Positions 28,709 through 38,142 are shown, counted from the first letter of the stretch. The stretch is DNA of 64,000 nt from an uncultured virus (IMG/VR IMGVR_UViG_3300032138_000963) (IMGVR_UViG_3300032138_000963), one strand, 5' to 3'. The notes: generated from the letters alone by a model not told the origin. Translations and numbers: made by a program.

Positions 28709-29771
28709 TATCCAGGTTCAGCGCCGAAACGACAAGAGCGTTCCACGTTCCGAGCGACATCACGCTCGCGCCTCCGGGGATTCCGTTCTTCGACTTGAAG
28801 TCGCCCAAGTAGTTCTTGGTCTTGTCCCCGAACTTCCCGTCGGGTAGCCCGTTGCTTCCGACCAGGCCGTCGGGGCCGTAGCCGTGACCGAGCAGGAGGC
28901 CCTGTACGCGGGCGACGTAGGGCGAGGTCTTGCCACGCAGCGCGTCGAGGTCGACCTCGTTGGGGATGACGAGAGGGCTTGCGCCGTCGCTGTTCGAGGG
29001 TGGCGGCGTGGGATCCGGGTCCGGCTCCCCAATCAGAAACGGCGTGGCCAGCGTCTCGCCCATCTGCTCGTAGGTGCCGTTGTACCGATTCACATCCGCG
29101 ACCCCAGATGGCACGCCTGCGATTGCTCCGTACTGAGCCTCGTAGTACTTCCACTCTCCGCCTCCTGACCACTGCCACAAAACCCAAGGCCATTCCTCGT
29201 TGTTCTTCGTCATTCGAGGCGGGTTCGCATTCTCCTGCCACCCGTTGGATTGGTACTTCACTTCCCACAGTGGGTATTCGATGAACTCGCTGCTGTCGGC
29301 GAACTTGTAGTACCAGACGTTGACGCCCGTGTAGAACATCGGACTGCGACCAAGCTCGGCCTCGACGACGCGAATGAATCCGCGTACGAAGGCAAGGTTG
29401 TTTTGGGACGTTCCCTCCCAGACCTCGAGATCGATGGCTGGCGGCAGGCAGCCTTCGCCGTAGTAGCCCACGCGCTTGAGGTTCTTGCAAAACCACTTTG
29501 CCTCATTTTCGCCGCCGGTCTCACCTTGGTCCTGGCGATTGTCGTAGCGGGCAAAATGGTAGGCACCGCGATACATCCCCTTGTCCGGATCGCTTGGGGG
29601 CAGGTCGATGAGCTTTTGCCAGTTCTCGTCGAACTTTGGATCGATGAATGGCGTCCCCTCTTCGGCACCCTCGGTGCATTTCACAATCGAGAACATCATG
29701 TCGCTTTGCGTGCGCATGGCCTCGAAATCGACGGTGCCCTGGTGCTTGGAAACGTCCGTTCCGAAAATCAT
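28701..29771 (-). CDS. GH25 muramidase with C-terminal PG-binding domain (endolysin)
   Basis: GTDVSKHQG, KCTEG, GAYHF, AIDLE, LWQWS, ADVN; DGKFGDKT. Start reassigned to ATG at 29771. Confidence 0.9.
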   Translation of the reverse strand: MIFGTDVSKHQGTVDFEAMRTQSDMMFSIVKCTEGAEEGTPFIDPKFDENWQKLIDLPPSDPDKGMYRGAYHFARYDNRQDQGETGGENEAKWFCKNLKRVGYYGEGCLPPAIDLEVWEGTSQNNLAFVRGFIRVVEAELGRSPMFYTGVNVWYYKFADSSEFIEYPLWEVKYQSNGWQENANPPRMTKNNEEWPWVLWQWSGGGEWKYYEAQYGAIAGVPSGVADVNRYNGTYEQMGETLATPFLIGEPDPDPTPPPSNSDGASPLVIPNEVDLDALRGKTSPYVARVQGLLLGHGYGPDGLVGSNGLPDGKFGDKTKNYLGDFKSKNGIPGGASVMSLGTWNALVVSALNLDNA

Positions 29772-30268
29772 TCCCAATCGTACACGTACACGTCGAGATC
29801 CCAAAAGGCCTCCTCGACGAGTGGGCCAACGCGGTCCCAGGACCCTCCAGCTAGCCCGCATCCGATGCGCGGCATGTGCACTGTGACTTTTCTCTTGCTG
29901 ATCGTGGTCGAATCGCCAATGAGTCCGTGGCAGCCCTCAGCCGTCTTGTTGAGGCAGCGCTCGAGGGCGTCGTAGCGGATCGGCTTGGGGTTGAGGACCG
30001 AGCGGACGCCCTCCTGGGCAATCATGTTCGCCACAGCCAGGTCGGTATCGATGAACGCCCATTGGACCGCTCCGAGCTTGCATCGATTCTTCGAAAAGCG
30101 AAACTGCTTTCGATAGAACTCTTCCGGCTCTTTCCATTCCTTGGAAACCGCACCCGAGAATCCAGCGCCCCATTTACCTGCGTCGTTGCAGACGTGCGCG
30201 ATGACTCGCGTGCCCGTCTTGACGATAGGGCAGGTTGCGTCGCCTGACTGGTAGCGAATCATCTCCAA
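29768..30268 (-). CDS. Macrodomain protein (Poa1p/TARG1-like ADP-ribose hydrolase)
   Basis: GDAT, IAHVCND.GKWGAGF, HMPRIGCGLAGGSW. Confidence 0.9.
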   Translation of the reverse strand: MEMIRYQSGDATCPIVKTGTRVIAHVCNDAGKWGAGFSGAVSKEWKEPEEFYRKQFRFSKNRCKLGAVQWAFIDTDLAVANMIAQEGVRSVLNPKPIRYDALERCLNKTAEGCHGLIGDSTTISKRKVTVHMPRIGCGLAGGSWDRVGPLVEEAFWDLDVYVYDWE

Positions 30269-30717
30269 ATCCAGCTGAACAATCGCTCGAGCAGCGTCGG
30301 CTGCTTAGTCGGCTCCGGATCCGGCTCGGCGTACACTAGCCAGATCGACCCAGGTGCGAATCCATCGTGGTGACCACGCGGTCCCTTGAGGCGATAGGTC
30401 TTGCCGGACATGACGGGAATCTCCGAGTCCGGCCCCGCATCGAGGTAGATGGCGCCATCCCCCGTCTTGGGCTCAACCGAATATGGGGCGCCGTCACTTA
30501 GGCGTCGACCATTTTTGTCGACCACCGGCGATGACAAAAGCGGGCCATCACCGCAGCGACAATTAGCCCCGAACTCTTTCCACGCGCAATGCTCGAGGTG
30601 CTCGTGGCTTCGGGCGATGATCTTCACGTCGCCGTGCACGAGCACGATATCCCAGTCCCACACGTCCTTGTAAATGGGAATGTTCTCACGATATGGAATC
30701 GGATTATCGGTCAGCAT
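30259..30717 (-). CDS. Hypothetical protein
   Basis: Start reassigned to MLTDNP so that it abuts the upstream stop. Confidence 0.5.
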   Translation of the reverse strand: MLTDNPIPYRENIPIYKDVWDWDIVLVHGDVKIIARSHEHLEHCAWKEFGANCRCGDGPLLSSPVVDKNGRRLSDGAPYSVEPKTGDGAIYLDAGPDSEIPVMSGKTYRLKGPRGHHDGFAPGSIWLVYAEPDPEPTKQPTLLERLFSWIWR

Positions 30718-30718
30718 C

Positions 30719-31021
30719 TCACTTACCAGAAGAGTCTTCCGTGGGAGGGTTCTCCACAAACCGAAAGGGGCACGGGCCATGTATTCCGTGCTCGTCTGGC
30801 TGGCGTTCCAGAAGGCCGGCCTCCGCGAGCGCGTCGAGGGCCTCATATAGCGCGTCGCCAAGGCCGTTCGCGGACCAGAATATGGACTTGCAGCGTCGAA
30901 AATGATCGCCTTCGGATTCACCTTCTTCCATGGGCGGGAGAACGCCCAGGAGGAGCCCTAGATGATGCTGAGCGATATCCACGTCGGCCCAGTCTGCGAG
31001 GCGCTCGCGGAGAGTTCTCAT
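30719..31021 (-). CDS. Hypothetical protein
   Basis: ATGA-coupled start MRTLRERL. Confidence 0.55.
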   Translation of the reverse strand: MRTLRERLADWADVDIAQHHLGLLLGVLPPMEEGESEGDHFRRCKSIFWSANGLGDALYEALDALAEAGLLERQPDEHGIHGPCPFRFVENPPTEDSSGK

Positions 31022-31323
31022 TCCATGGACCGCTTTCCAGAGCCACCGCATTCGAAGCAGGAATGCTCGAGCCCCTGCTCAGGCTCGACGGAAAGCTCGC
31101 GCAATCGAGCCTCTACGAGGGCGAGGGAGATCAGCATCACCTGGCGACCAATAGCAGGAGGGAACTGCGGCTGCGTGGTCTTCTGGTCGTCGTCGCAGGC
31201 GTACAAACCAATCCGCTTATCGCCGTTTCGCGCAAGGTTCCACCGCAACGAGTTGTGGGCGGAGAGCAGGTCTTGCGCCTCCCGAACTTCTTCTGGGGTC
31301 ATATTCGAATCTTCCTTACTCAT
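31018..31323 (-). CDS. Hypothetical protein with C-terminal CxxCxGxG
   Basis: CFECGGSG; coupled ORF. Confidence 0.55.
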   Translation of the reverse strand: MSKEDSNMTPEEVREAQDLLSAHNSLRWNLARNGDKRIGLYACDDDQKTTQPQFPPAIGRQVMLISLALVEARLRELSVEPEQGLEHSCFECGGSGKRSME

Positions 31324-31729
31324 CGTTCCAGCACTGACATCCCTGCCCGGCCTCCGGCTGGATACAGCCACAGTGGGTACAATACCGTGCGAAGACCTCG
31401 AGGCGTTGGTCGTCCGACAGGGAGTCCAATGCGGTGATGGCCGGCTCGGGCATCGGTGGGTCTTCGAGCCTCACCAGAAACGCTGGCGTGTTATCTCCGA
31501 CCCATGCGCCCATCGTGTTGTACTCGTGGAACTCGGAGGCCTCTTCGTAGCTGCCACCGTCCTCCATCCGAATCTCGATGCACTTGTGGTAATCGTAGAT
31601 CGCAATCGGCTCGTGATTAAAGCGTCGACAAACGCCGATGAATGCGTCTTCGAGTCCGTCGTAGAAAATGATGTCCGGATTGACCTCCGCGAGTTGGTCC
31701 CGGATCCTCTCCCATTCTTGTAACGTCAT
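31316..31729 (-). CDS. Hypothetical phage protein
   Basis: DGLEDAFIG...AIYDY...YNTMGAWVG; ATGA-coupled. Confidence 0.7.
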   Translation of the reverse strand: MTLQEWERIRDQLAEVNPDIIFYDGLEDAFIGVCRRFNHEPIAIYDYHKCIEIRMEDGGSYEEASEFHEYNTMGAWVGDNTPAFLVRLEDPPMPEPAITALDSLSDDQRLEVFARYCTHCGCIQPEAGQGCQCWNDE

Positions 31730-32427
31730 GCGTCGCACTCTCCTGCGGGCGAGTTTTGCTTGATAATGTTTTCGTTCACGATCGGCGCGTGGGCCTCGGT
31801 GTAGTGTTCCCACTTCTCAGACCCGGAGGAGGCGAATCCGGCGGCGGTGCTGAAAATTCCTCGAAGTAGCTGCGGGTCGAAGTCCTCGCCGAGATGGGCG
31901 ATCAGGTCGCAGCCGTGCTGGATGATTTCCTGCAAATGGATGGCGACCAGGAGGTCTCGGTTTTCAGCGAGCGCCGTGAGCCTCTCGAATACAGGTCGCA
32001 GCTCTCTCATTCGCTTGAGCGCTTCGACCTCGCTTTCGGGGCTGCCGCCCAGGACCGCGACCATCTCACGAACCTTGTCGTCGCTCATCATCTCGAGCGG
32101 GCTCACGACCTTCTTGCTGAGCACGTAGTCGACGAAGGATTGCGGCGGACGGACCTCATGCTCTCTCAGATAGTGCGCAAGTCCACTTGGCCAAATCCAG
32201 GTACCGTCCGTCAGGTCCTGGGACCCGTTCATCATCCCGCACACCCTGCAGTGCGCGAGGCCGCGATACCTTTCGGATATCGTCCCGGCCTCGAGATACG
32301 AGATGACGAGAGCGCGCTCCTTCTCATTCCAGTTTGGGTCGACGTAACGATTGGGTTCGTCTTCCGTCTCCCAAAAGCCGATGAAGTTTCCAGTTCCGCG
32401 CGTGTGCGGCAGCGTGTTTCGAATCAT
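31726..32427 (-). CDS. Hypothetical protein with Cys/His motif
   Basis: CRVCG..NGS...WIWPSGLAHYL..H. Confidence 0.7.
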   Translation of the reverse strand: MIRNTLPHTRGTGNFIGFWETEDEPNRYVDPNWNEKERALVISYLEAGTISERYRGLAHCRVCGMMNGSQDLTDGTWIWPSGLAHYLREHEVRPPQSFVDYVLSKKVVSPLEMMSDDKVREMVAVLGGSPESEVEALKRMRELRPVFERLTALAENRDLLVAIHLQEIIQHGCDLIAHLGEDFDPQLLRGIFSTAAGFASSGSEKWEHYTEAHAPIVNENIIKQNSPAGECDA

Positions 32428-32966
32428 ATTAGCCTGAGACCTGGCAGGCCTGCCTCGAAAGCCTGCAGAGTGATTTTTCGAACGTGTTTAGCGTCGAGGC
32501 GACGCATGGTGTACGGAGCTTTCTGCATTCGACCCGGAACCCAGTAGGCAAACTTGCGGGCGGCCTGGTCGCCACGCAGGGCGCGAATGACCCGGCACTG
32601 CTGGCGATATCCCTGCGTCTCGAAGGCCCACTGCCATCGTCGTGCAGGATACCGAAAAAGGAAATGGTTGGACGGATCGTGCCACTGATGGATGTGCGGG
32701 ATCTCGTGCCACAAAAGAGCAGCTTTCGAAATGTCATCGTAGGACGGGACGTTCTTTCCAAGCCAGAGCGTGAAGGGGAGAGTCGTCGTCGGCTTGATGA
32801 CCTTGCGCTGCGCGATCCTTACGTTGAGCCGGTCGATCTCGCATTCAGCCAGTTCGATCAGCTCCTTCGCGGTTTTCCCCTCGAAGAACGATTCCGGCTT
32901 CTCGTATTTCAACGAGCGGGCGAAACGAATGTGCTGGGATTTGACCCGATTTCTCTTGCGTGCCAT
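32424..32966 (-). CDS. Putative zinc metallopeptidase-like protein
   Basis: HEIPH (HExxH) with downstream FETQGY. Confidence 0.55.
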   Translation of the reverse strand: MARKRNRVKSQHIRFARSLKYEKPESFFEGKTAKELIELAECEIDRLNVRIAQRKVIKPTTTLPFTLWLGKNVPSYDDISKAALLWHEIPHIHQWHDPSNHFLFRYPARRWQWAFETQGYRQQCRVIRALRGDQAARKFAYWVPGRMQKAPYTMRRLDAKHVRKITLQAFEAGLPGLRLI

Positions 32967-33011
32967 GCCTGATTCTACCGCGAGCGAAGACCTTGCTCAG
33001 TCGTCGTCGTC

Positions 33012-33221
33012 TCAGGGGTCCTTTTCGCCGACGAGCTGGTCTGCTAGCTCGACAGCTTCAGATCCGACGAGGTCCCGGCCGCGCGCGATGATCAGCGCTT
33101 CGATTTCATCCCAAGACATTTGCAAGACTCGGACTGGCATGCCTCCACCGGAGCGAACGAAGTCCACCCCATAAGCGCAGGCGTTGCAGCTGACATTCGT
33201 CTCTTCTGGTTCGTCTGCCAT
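33012..33221 (-). CDS. Small hypothetical protein
   Basis: Fits the operon. Confidence 0.5.
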   Translation of the reverse strand: MADEPEETNVSCNACAYGVDFVRSGGGMPVRVLQMSWDEIEALIIARGRDLVGSEAVELADQLVGEKDP

Positions 33222-33222
33222 G

Positions 33223-33723
33223 TCAATCCTTCGGTGGCGCCAGGGCCTTGTGCAGCGGCGTCGAGGCGAGCTGAGATAGATTCGGAGCCACCTTGTCGTA
33301 CACGGTCTGCCCGTCCACGTCTTCGATCCACGGTAACAGGAGCGCCTCTGCTGGAATGATGCCCTCCTGAATTGCCTCGAACATGTTCTTGAGCAGGTTC
33401 AGAAGAATCCGATGCTCCCGCTTTCCCCGGTTGAGCTTGAGTCGATCGTACTTCTTCTTCGAGTATTTTCCGCTGCGCTGGTCCTTTGCCTTTTCTTCCA
33501 GGTCGGTCTCGCTATCTACCTCGATCCGAAAGCGGGCGACGAGTTCAGAATCGTCATCCCGTTTCCAGCGAAATCTAAGCTGAGCGAGGCCGCTATCGAA
33601 GTGGTCCTCCCACTGGATTCCAACGACCCCCCACTTGAGGAGGATTCGGTCGATCTGCTCGCGCGACTTTGAGACGGCGACCGTCGTGTCTTCGTATGCT
33701 CGCTTATGCGTTCGAGTCACCAT
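33223..33723 (-). CDS. Hypothetical phage protein
   Basis: AYEDTTVAVSKSREQI...LLPW...GQTVY; start reassigned to MVTRTHK. Confidence 0.7.
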   Translation of the reverse strand: MVTRTHKRAYEDTTVAVSKSREQIDRILLKWGVVGIQWEDHFDSGLAQLRFRWKRDDDSELVARFRIEVDSETDLEEKAKDQRSGKYSKKKYDRLKLNRGKREHRILLNLLKNMFEAIQEGIIPAEALLLPWIEDVDGQTVYDKVAPNLSQLASTPLHKALAPPKD

Positions 33724-33919
33724 GGCTCCCCCGTTGACATAAGCGTCGATGCTCTGCAAGGAGATCCGCAAGCTCGTTGTCGAGACGCATGTTCTCCGCG
33801 TCGAGGCGCCTTTCAATCTCTGCCTGCGAAGGCCTGTTGTGCTCGTCCAGCTTTCGGTTGGCACGGTACTGCATCGACATCAGCAGTCCCGTGGCGGTGA
33901 TGCAATATAGCGCGATCAT
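33704..33919 (-). CDS. Small hypothetical protein
   Basis: ATGA-coupled. Confidence 0.45.
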   Translation of the reverse strand: MIALYCITATGLLMSMQYRANRKLDEHNRPSQAEIERRLDAENMRLDNELADLLAEHRRLCQRGSHGDSNA

Positions 33920-34101
33920 TCTTCTTCCTTTCGAGTGCGTGCATCGAGGCCCTCCATCATGAGGATTCTGGCGACCTGGTGGATCGACAGCGAATCCTCA
34001 TCCGGGAGGACGAGGCCTTTCTCCTGGTCGGCCAGCTTCTTCGCCACCTCCTGCGGCACCTTGAAGCTGATCACCACGACCTCGACATTGCCCTGACTCA
34101 C
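33916..34101 (-). CDS. Ribbon-helix-helix-like regulator
   Basis: VVVISFKVPQEVAKKL...SIHQVARILMMEGL strand-helix-helix pattern. Confidence 0.55.
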   Translation of the reverse strand: MSQGNVEVVVISFKVPQEVAKKLADQEKGLVLPDEDSLSIHQVARILMMEGLDARTRKEEE

Positions 34102-34120
34102 GGTATACCACGGTATACCA
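34101..34120. promoter_or_regulatory. Tandem palindromic operator-like site (GGTATACC x2)
   Basis: cggtatacca repeated twice, abutting the GTG start. Confidence 0.5.
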
Positions 34121-34179
34121 GCCGCCCTCGATACACAAGAGCCCCCGGGAGAAGACTCTCGGAGGCTCTTGATGCGGCC

Positions 34180-34392
34180 CTACCGGCCGTATATGGGCTG
34201 CCGGACAGGCTGAGGGTTCGGGTCTCGCGGACCCTCGCGCTCGATGTTCCAGCGGCAGAAGTGCTCTCCTGCCTTGGCGTTCTTGAGCCAGCACTTCGGG
34301 CAGCGTGGCTCGTTGTCCAATTGGCTCGCCTGCATTGGGATCAGGCGGTAGCCAATAATTCGGGTTTTGGGTTTGGGGTTTTGCTTCTTCAT
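34180..34392 (-). CDS. Small Cys-containing hypothetical protein
   Basis: CPKC...HFC. Confidence 0.4.
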   Translation of the reverse strand: MKKQNPKPKTRIIGYRLIPMQASQLDNEPRCPKCWLKNAKAGEHFCRWNIEREGPRDPNPQPVRQPIYGR

Positions 34393-34676
34393 GAGTTCAG
34401 TGAAACTGACTTACGAAGGAGCCTCCCTTGGTTCGCTGTTCATATTCGGGTTCCGGGTTTCACGAGGTGTATTCGGTAACCTGTCGACTTCGGCCCTCTC
34501 GAGGGCAAGTTGCGGCGGCAGGAGTCCCAGGCTTGGGGCCTGGACCCGTTCGCATCATGTGTGGTGGTATTGAAACGGCATCGCGCCTCCTGTGAGTACA
34601 TTCGGTAACCCGTGCTCAGCGGCCCAAGGACCACCATGGTCGGATGGGCAAGTTGTCGAATCGCGGGCGATAGGAC

Positions 34677-34705
34677 AGAATGCACAAATCCAAATGGCGC
34701 GTCAA
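34677..34705 (-). promoter_or_regulatory. Putative sigma70 promoter
   Basis: TTGACG-N17-CATTCT. Confidence 0.4.
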
Positions 34706-34765
34706 GGATTATTTTGACACGCAAGAACTCGCTCATTGTCCGCGAGCTTGAGAGAGTTCTTGCGG

Positions 34766-35878
34766 CTACTGCTCGTGTAGAGGCTTCTTGGAAAGCTCGA
34801 TGACGTGCTCGAGTAGGTAGCGCCCGTCGGCGTGCGAGTCGAAGTCGCGGTGAGCGACGATGCCGGGCCCCGGCTTCTTCCCGTCGCGCCAGCCATCGAT
34901 TCGACCCTTCCGAGCGTTTAGCCCCTCAGTAGGGAACTCGAAAGGCAGTGAGGGAATCGTGTCGCACAGGAATCGGCACAGCGGGAACATGGCGCGCATC
35001 TGGGCCGGCGTCGGCAGGGTGTAGACCTTCTTGCCGTTCTTCGGGCGCCAGCACCACCAGGGTCCTGGAATGACCTCGGTGAATGGGCCTCGACCGAACT
35101 TCGGATTGTACGGGTTGACCACCTCGATCCCCGCCGAGCCCCCGTTGAGCTGGCTGGCCTGCACGAGTCGATGTTGAACGATGTCCGCATGGCAGCTGAT
35201 GTGCCCGTCGGGTGCGAGGTTGAGGTGGATGCCGTAGTCCCATCCCTTTCCGCCCGCCTTCCCCTTCTTCGCTGACTTCCTCCGCTTTGCATCGAGGACG
35301 CGGTTGGTCTGGGCAGCGGACATCGTGACGGATTCGTGGATCACAAAGTGGGTGATCCTCTTGCGCTTTCGATGCTGCTCAAAATGCTTCTCGCCATCGT
35401 CGATATAGTTGCTGGCCGTGATGCCGAGGCGCAGCATGGACTCTGGCAGCTTGACGGACCTTCCGTCGATGATGAGGCAGTTCGAAACTCCGGTTCGCGC
35501 GGGCTCGAGGGATTCCTTCTCTGCCCCGAAGGCTACATCGTGTTCTCGAACCTCTTCGACCTCGCCGTCATCGCCAGCCCCATCCCCCTCGAAGTCGTGG
35601 GCGACCGCGCTTTCTGGAACGATGGCCGGAGTCGCTTTCATCAGCGCCCAGGTTGCGGCACCGAGCTTGCCGTCAGGCAGGAGTCCATTCATGTTCTGGA
35701 ACATCGCCACCACCGTGACGAATGTGGAAGTCTCAACCCCGATCAGGAAGCTCCCCATCATTCCAAACGAAAGAGGCCACGGCAGATCTTTCTGCTGCCA
35801 CAGCCTTCCGGCTTTCGCCTTGTTGTACTTGATGGCTCCGGTGATATCGAGACCTGGCATCGCTCCCATCATACCCAA
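34766..35878 (-). CDS. N-acetylmuramoyl-L-alanine amidase (Amidase_2-like) with PG-binding segment
   Basis: FQ..NGLLPDGKLGAATW; FVIHES, SAGIEVVN, IVAHRDF. Exact start uncertain. Confidence 0.8.
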   Translation of the reverse strand: MGMMGAMPGLDITGAIKYNKAKAGRLWQQKDLPWPLSFGMMGSFLIGVETSTFVTVVAMFQNMNGLLPDGKLGAATWALMKATPAIVPESAVAHDFEGDGAGDDGEVEEVREHDVAFGAEKESLEPARTGVSNCLIIDGRSVKLPESMLRLGITASNYIDDGEKHFEQHRKRKRITHFVIHESVTMSAAQTNRVLDAKRRKSAKKGKAGGKGWDYGIHLNLAPDGHISCHADIVQHRLVQASQLNGGSAGIEVVNPYNPKFGRGPFTEVIPGPWWCWRPKNGKKVYTLPTPAQMRAMFPLCRFLCDTIPSLPFEFPTEGLNARKGRIDGWRDGKKPGPGIVAHRDFDSHADGRYLLEHVIELSKKPLHEQ

Positions 35879-35906
35879 AAGAAAAGCCCGGCGCGATGCC
35901 GGGCTT
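35877..35906 (-). terminator. Rho-independent terminator
   Basis: Stem aagcccggc/gccgggctt followed by a T-tract on the minus strand. Confidence 0.75.
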
Positions 35907-35932
35907 CCCAGTGGTTGAAATGGCGCTGAGGG

Positions 35933-36421
35933 CTATGCAGCTCGAGAGCGCAGAGTCAGATCAACGATGGCCTCGTCCAGCGTGACACCGGGACCGTTCG
36001 TGTTGCGATAGCTGAGCAGGAAGTCCAAGGCGCCGCCCATGTCCGAAGGCTCTTGAAGCTTCTGTTTGCCGGCGGCCTTCTTCTTCGGACGACCAGGCTT
36101 CTTCTTGGCCTTCGACTTCTTCTTGGGCGCCTTCGCCTCCGACTCATCCTTCTTCTTGCCCTTCTTCTTCCCCTTCTTCTTCGGAGACTTTTTGGGGGCC
36201 TTTTTCTTCGCGCCCTTCTCGAGTTCCTTGCGCTTGTCCCTCGTCTTTTTCGGGATGATGTCTGCGCCCTGCTTCGGACTCAGCTTGAAGTGAGACAGCG
36301 TCTCACGCCAGCCGTTCTCGAGATAGAACGCGCAGATTTCCTTGTGATACGCCTTCAGCTCAGACTTCGACATCTCATCGACGTCCTTGGAGCCGGCGCC
36401 CTTCTTCTTCTTTTTGGCCAT
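35933..36421 (-). CDS. Lys-rich histone-like DNA-binding protein
   Basis: Long K-rich core including KKPGRPKKK (AT-hook-like); has its own terminator. Confidence 0.75.
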   Translation of the reverse strand: MAKKKKKGAGSKDVDEMSKSELKAYHKEICAFYLENGWRETLSHFKLSPKQGADIIPKKTRDKRKELEKGAKKKAPKKSPKKKGKKKGKKKDESEAKAPKKKSKAKKKPGRPKKKAAGKQKLQEPSDMGGALDFLLSYRNTNGPGVTLDEAIVDLTLRSRAA

Positions 36422-36447
36422 GCTTTTCTCTTGCCTTTACGTTGGGT

Positions 36448-37059
36448 TCAGGCGGGTACTTCAAGTTGTATACCAGGAAGCTCCACCTGTGCAAGTGCTC
36501 TCACCATCTGCCCATATGCCTTCTTTGAGGCAGTGTATCCGACATATCGCATGCTGAACCTACGTGCCCAAATGGGCAGTACTGAGGATTTGTGAGCAAA
36601 GGGGTCAACGATTGGACCTACCGTATCCCCCAGGCGCTCGAGCAAAAACTTCATCGCAAGAGGAGAGCTTGGGCCGCGCCGGCCCTTCGCATCCAAAATG
36701 AGCTTCGTTTCCCAATCAACCTTAGAGCGTGAGCGGGAATACACAAATCCTATATGAAGCGGATGGGAGCCAGAGAATACCGTGGCCTGAAGGAGCCATG
36801 GTCCACTGTCGCCCATGGGATCAAACAATGAGATGTGCAGCTCGGAGGCGGGCATCCATAGGACCAGATGAGCCCGATCAGCTGAGCGGTTGTAGGCGTT
36901 CCCCAGCAAGTCCGCCAGCTCCTTCTCAGTCATCTTCGCCTTGTCCCTTCCGGGCCAAACTGGGGCGATGTTCCAAAATGAAACTTGCTTCTCGGACAGC
37001 TTCTCCATCGAGAAGCGAGACCGGTAGAGTTCCGTCTTTCGATCCTTGTACGGCATCAT
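36448..37059 (-). CDS. Degenerate DNA-methyltransferase-like protein
   Basis: IVDPFAHKSS...RYVG resembles motif I (DPFxGSG) without the glycines. Confidence 0.5.
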   Translation of the reverse strand: MMPYKDRKTELYRSRFSMEKLSEKQVSFWNIAPVWPGRDKAKMTEKELADLLGNAYNRSADRAHLVLWMPASELHISLFDPMGDSGPWLLQATVFSGSHPLHIGFVYSRSRSKVDWETKLILDAKGRRGPSSPLAMKFLLERLGDTVGPIVDPFAHKSSVLPIWARRFSMRYVGYTASKKAYGQMVRALAQVELPGIQLEVPA

Positions 37060-37061
37060 TC

Positions 37062-37514
37062 CTATCCACCTGACTGGACGCGATACACCCAGCTCTCTGA
37101 GCACCCGTGCTTTGCGGCAATATCCGATTTCTTCATCCCGGCCTCGATGTCGGCGATGATCGCTTCGCGGTCGTACATCGGCGGCTTGGTCGAGCGCGTG
37201 GGAATGCCGGCCTCCTCGAGCCACCGATGGAGCGTGTGGGGGCCGATCTCGTTCTGCTTCGCAACCTTGTCGAGGCTCAGGTCCTCTCGCTTGAGGTACT
37301 CAGCGATGATCTTCTTCTTGAACTTCTCCGGATAGTTCGGAGCTGGATGCTTCTCGATATCCTCGCCCTTGGCAATAGCATCCTCTATCCACCGCTTGAT
37401 GGTGGACGGATAGCAGCCGATGATGTGAGAAATCCTCAAGCATCCCCACCCCTTTTTGTAGAGGCGGATGGCGGTCTTTCGATCCGCGGCCGTGTATTCC
37501 TTGTGCGCGCTCAC
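37062..37514 (-). CDS. Triple helix-turn-helix protein
   Basis: ISHIIGCYPSTIKRW, VAKQNEIGPHTLHRW, IAAKHGCSESWVYRV. Confidence 0.8.
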   Translation of the reverse strand: MSAHKEYTAADRKTAIRLYKKGWGCLRISHIIGCYPSTIKRWIEDAIAKGEDIEKHPAPNYPEKFKKKIIAEYLKREDLSLDKVAKQNEIGPHTLHRWLEEAGIPTRSTKPPMYDREAIIADIEAGMKKSDIAAKHGCSESWVYRVQSGG

Positions 37515-37912
37515 GGCTTCCTGGCTGGGATGAAGTCTTCGAATCGAGTGCCCTCGGACGTCGTCACCATCAGGGTCAGCCCGACTATCCTCCCCTTGTC
37601 CATCTGTGTCATGCCGATTGCCTCGTACTTGGTGATGCGATCACCCTCATCGTAGACAGTCATCGGCAACACTGATGGGCCGTGAACCATCTCTCTGAAC
37701 GTCCAGCCCTTGTAGTGCTTGTTGTTCCAAGCCTCGGAGAGGGCGTCGAGAAGCGCCTGACCAGAAAGGCTCCCAACCTCGTTATCATCACGAAAGCCAT
37801 CCGCCCTGCATGTGCAGTCTGGCTCGATGCCGGCAAGAGCGGGATTCGAAGAGTATTCCCCAGGGTCATTCTGGGGGCATCCTTCGTTGTACCGAGTGTG
37901 ATCGCCTTCCAT
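37511..37912 (-). CDS. Hypothetical protein
   Basis: TGATG-coupled start MEGDHTR. Confidence 0.5.
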   Translation of the reverse strand: MEGDHTRYNEGCPQNDPGEYSSNPALAGIEPDCTCRADGFRDDNEVGSLSGQALLDALSEAWNNKHYKGWTFREMVHGPSVLPMTVYDEGDRITKYEAIGMTQMDKGRIVGLTLMVTTSEGTRFEDFIPARKP

Positions 37913-38142
37913 CAGTCTTCCTCCGTTTTCAGATGCTCGATCCCGGCGAGCGCCATCTCGGTCGCCTCGACAAGAGTATCTCCACCGCCCTCCATGCCCG
38001 TACCAAAGTGCGGCGGCCGCCAGAGTGTCACGATGAAGGTGACCTCGCGGCCAGCCTCGTCTGACCACTCAAGAGCTTTGTAGTCGGCCTCGATTCGGCC
38101 GTTATGCTTCTTGACGATTTCCAACGCCTCTTGCTCAGTCAT
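37912..38142 (-). CDS. Hypothetical protein
   Basis: Coupled ORF. Confidence 0.6.
   Translation of the reverse strand: MTEQEALEIVKKHNGRIEADYKALEWSDEAGREVTFIVTLWRPPHFGTGMEGGGDTLVEATEMALAGIEHLKTEED

Noticed and set aside
37062..37514. IS3-type transposase OrfA
   Set aside because: HTH repeats only; no DDE ORF or terminal inverted repeats nearby.
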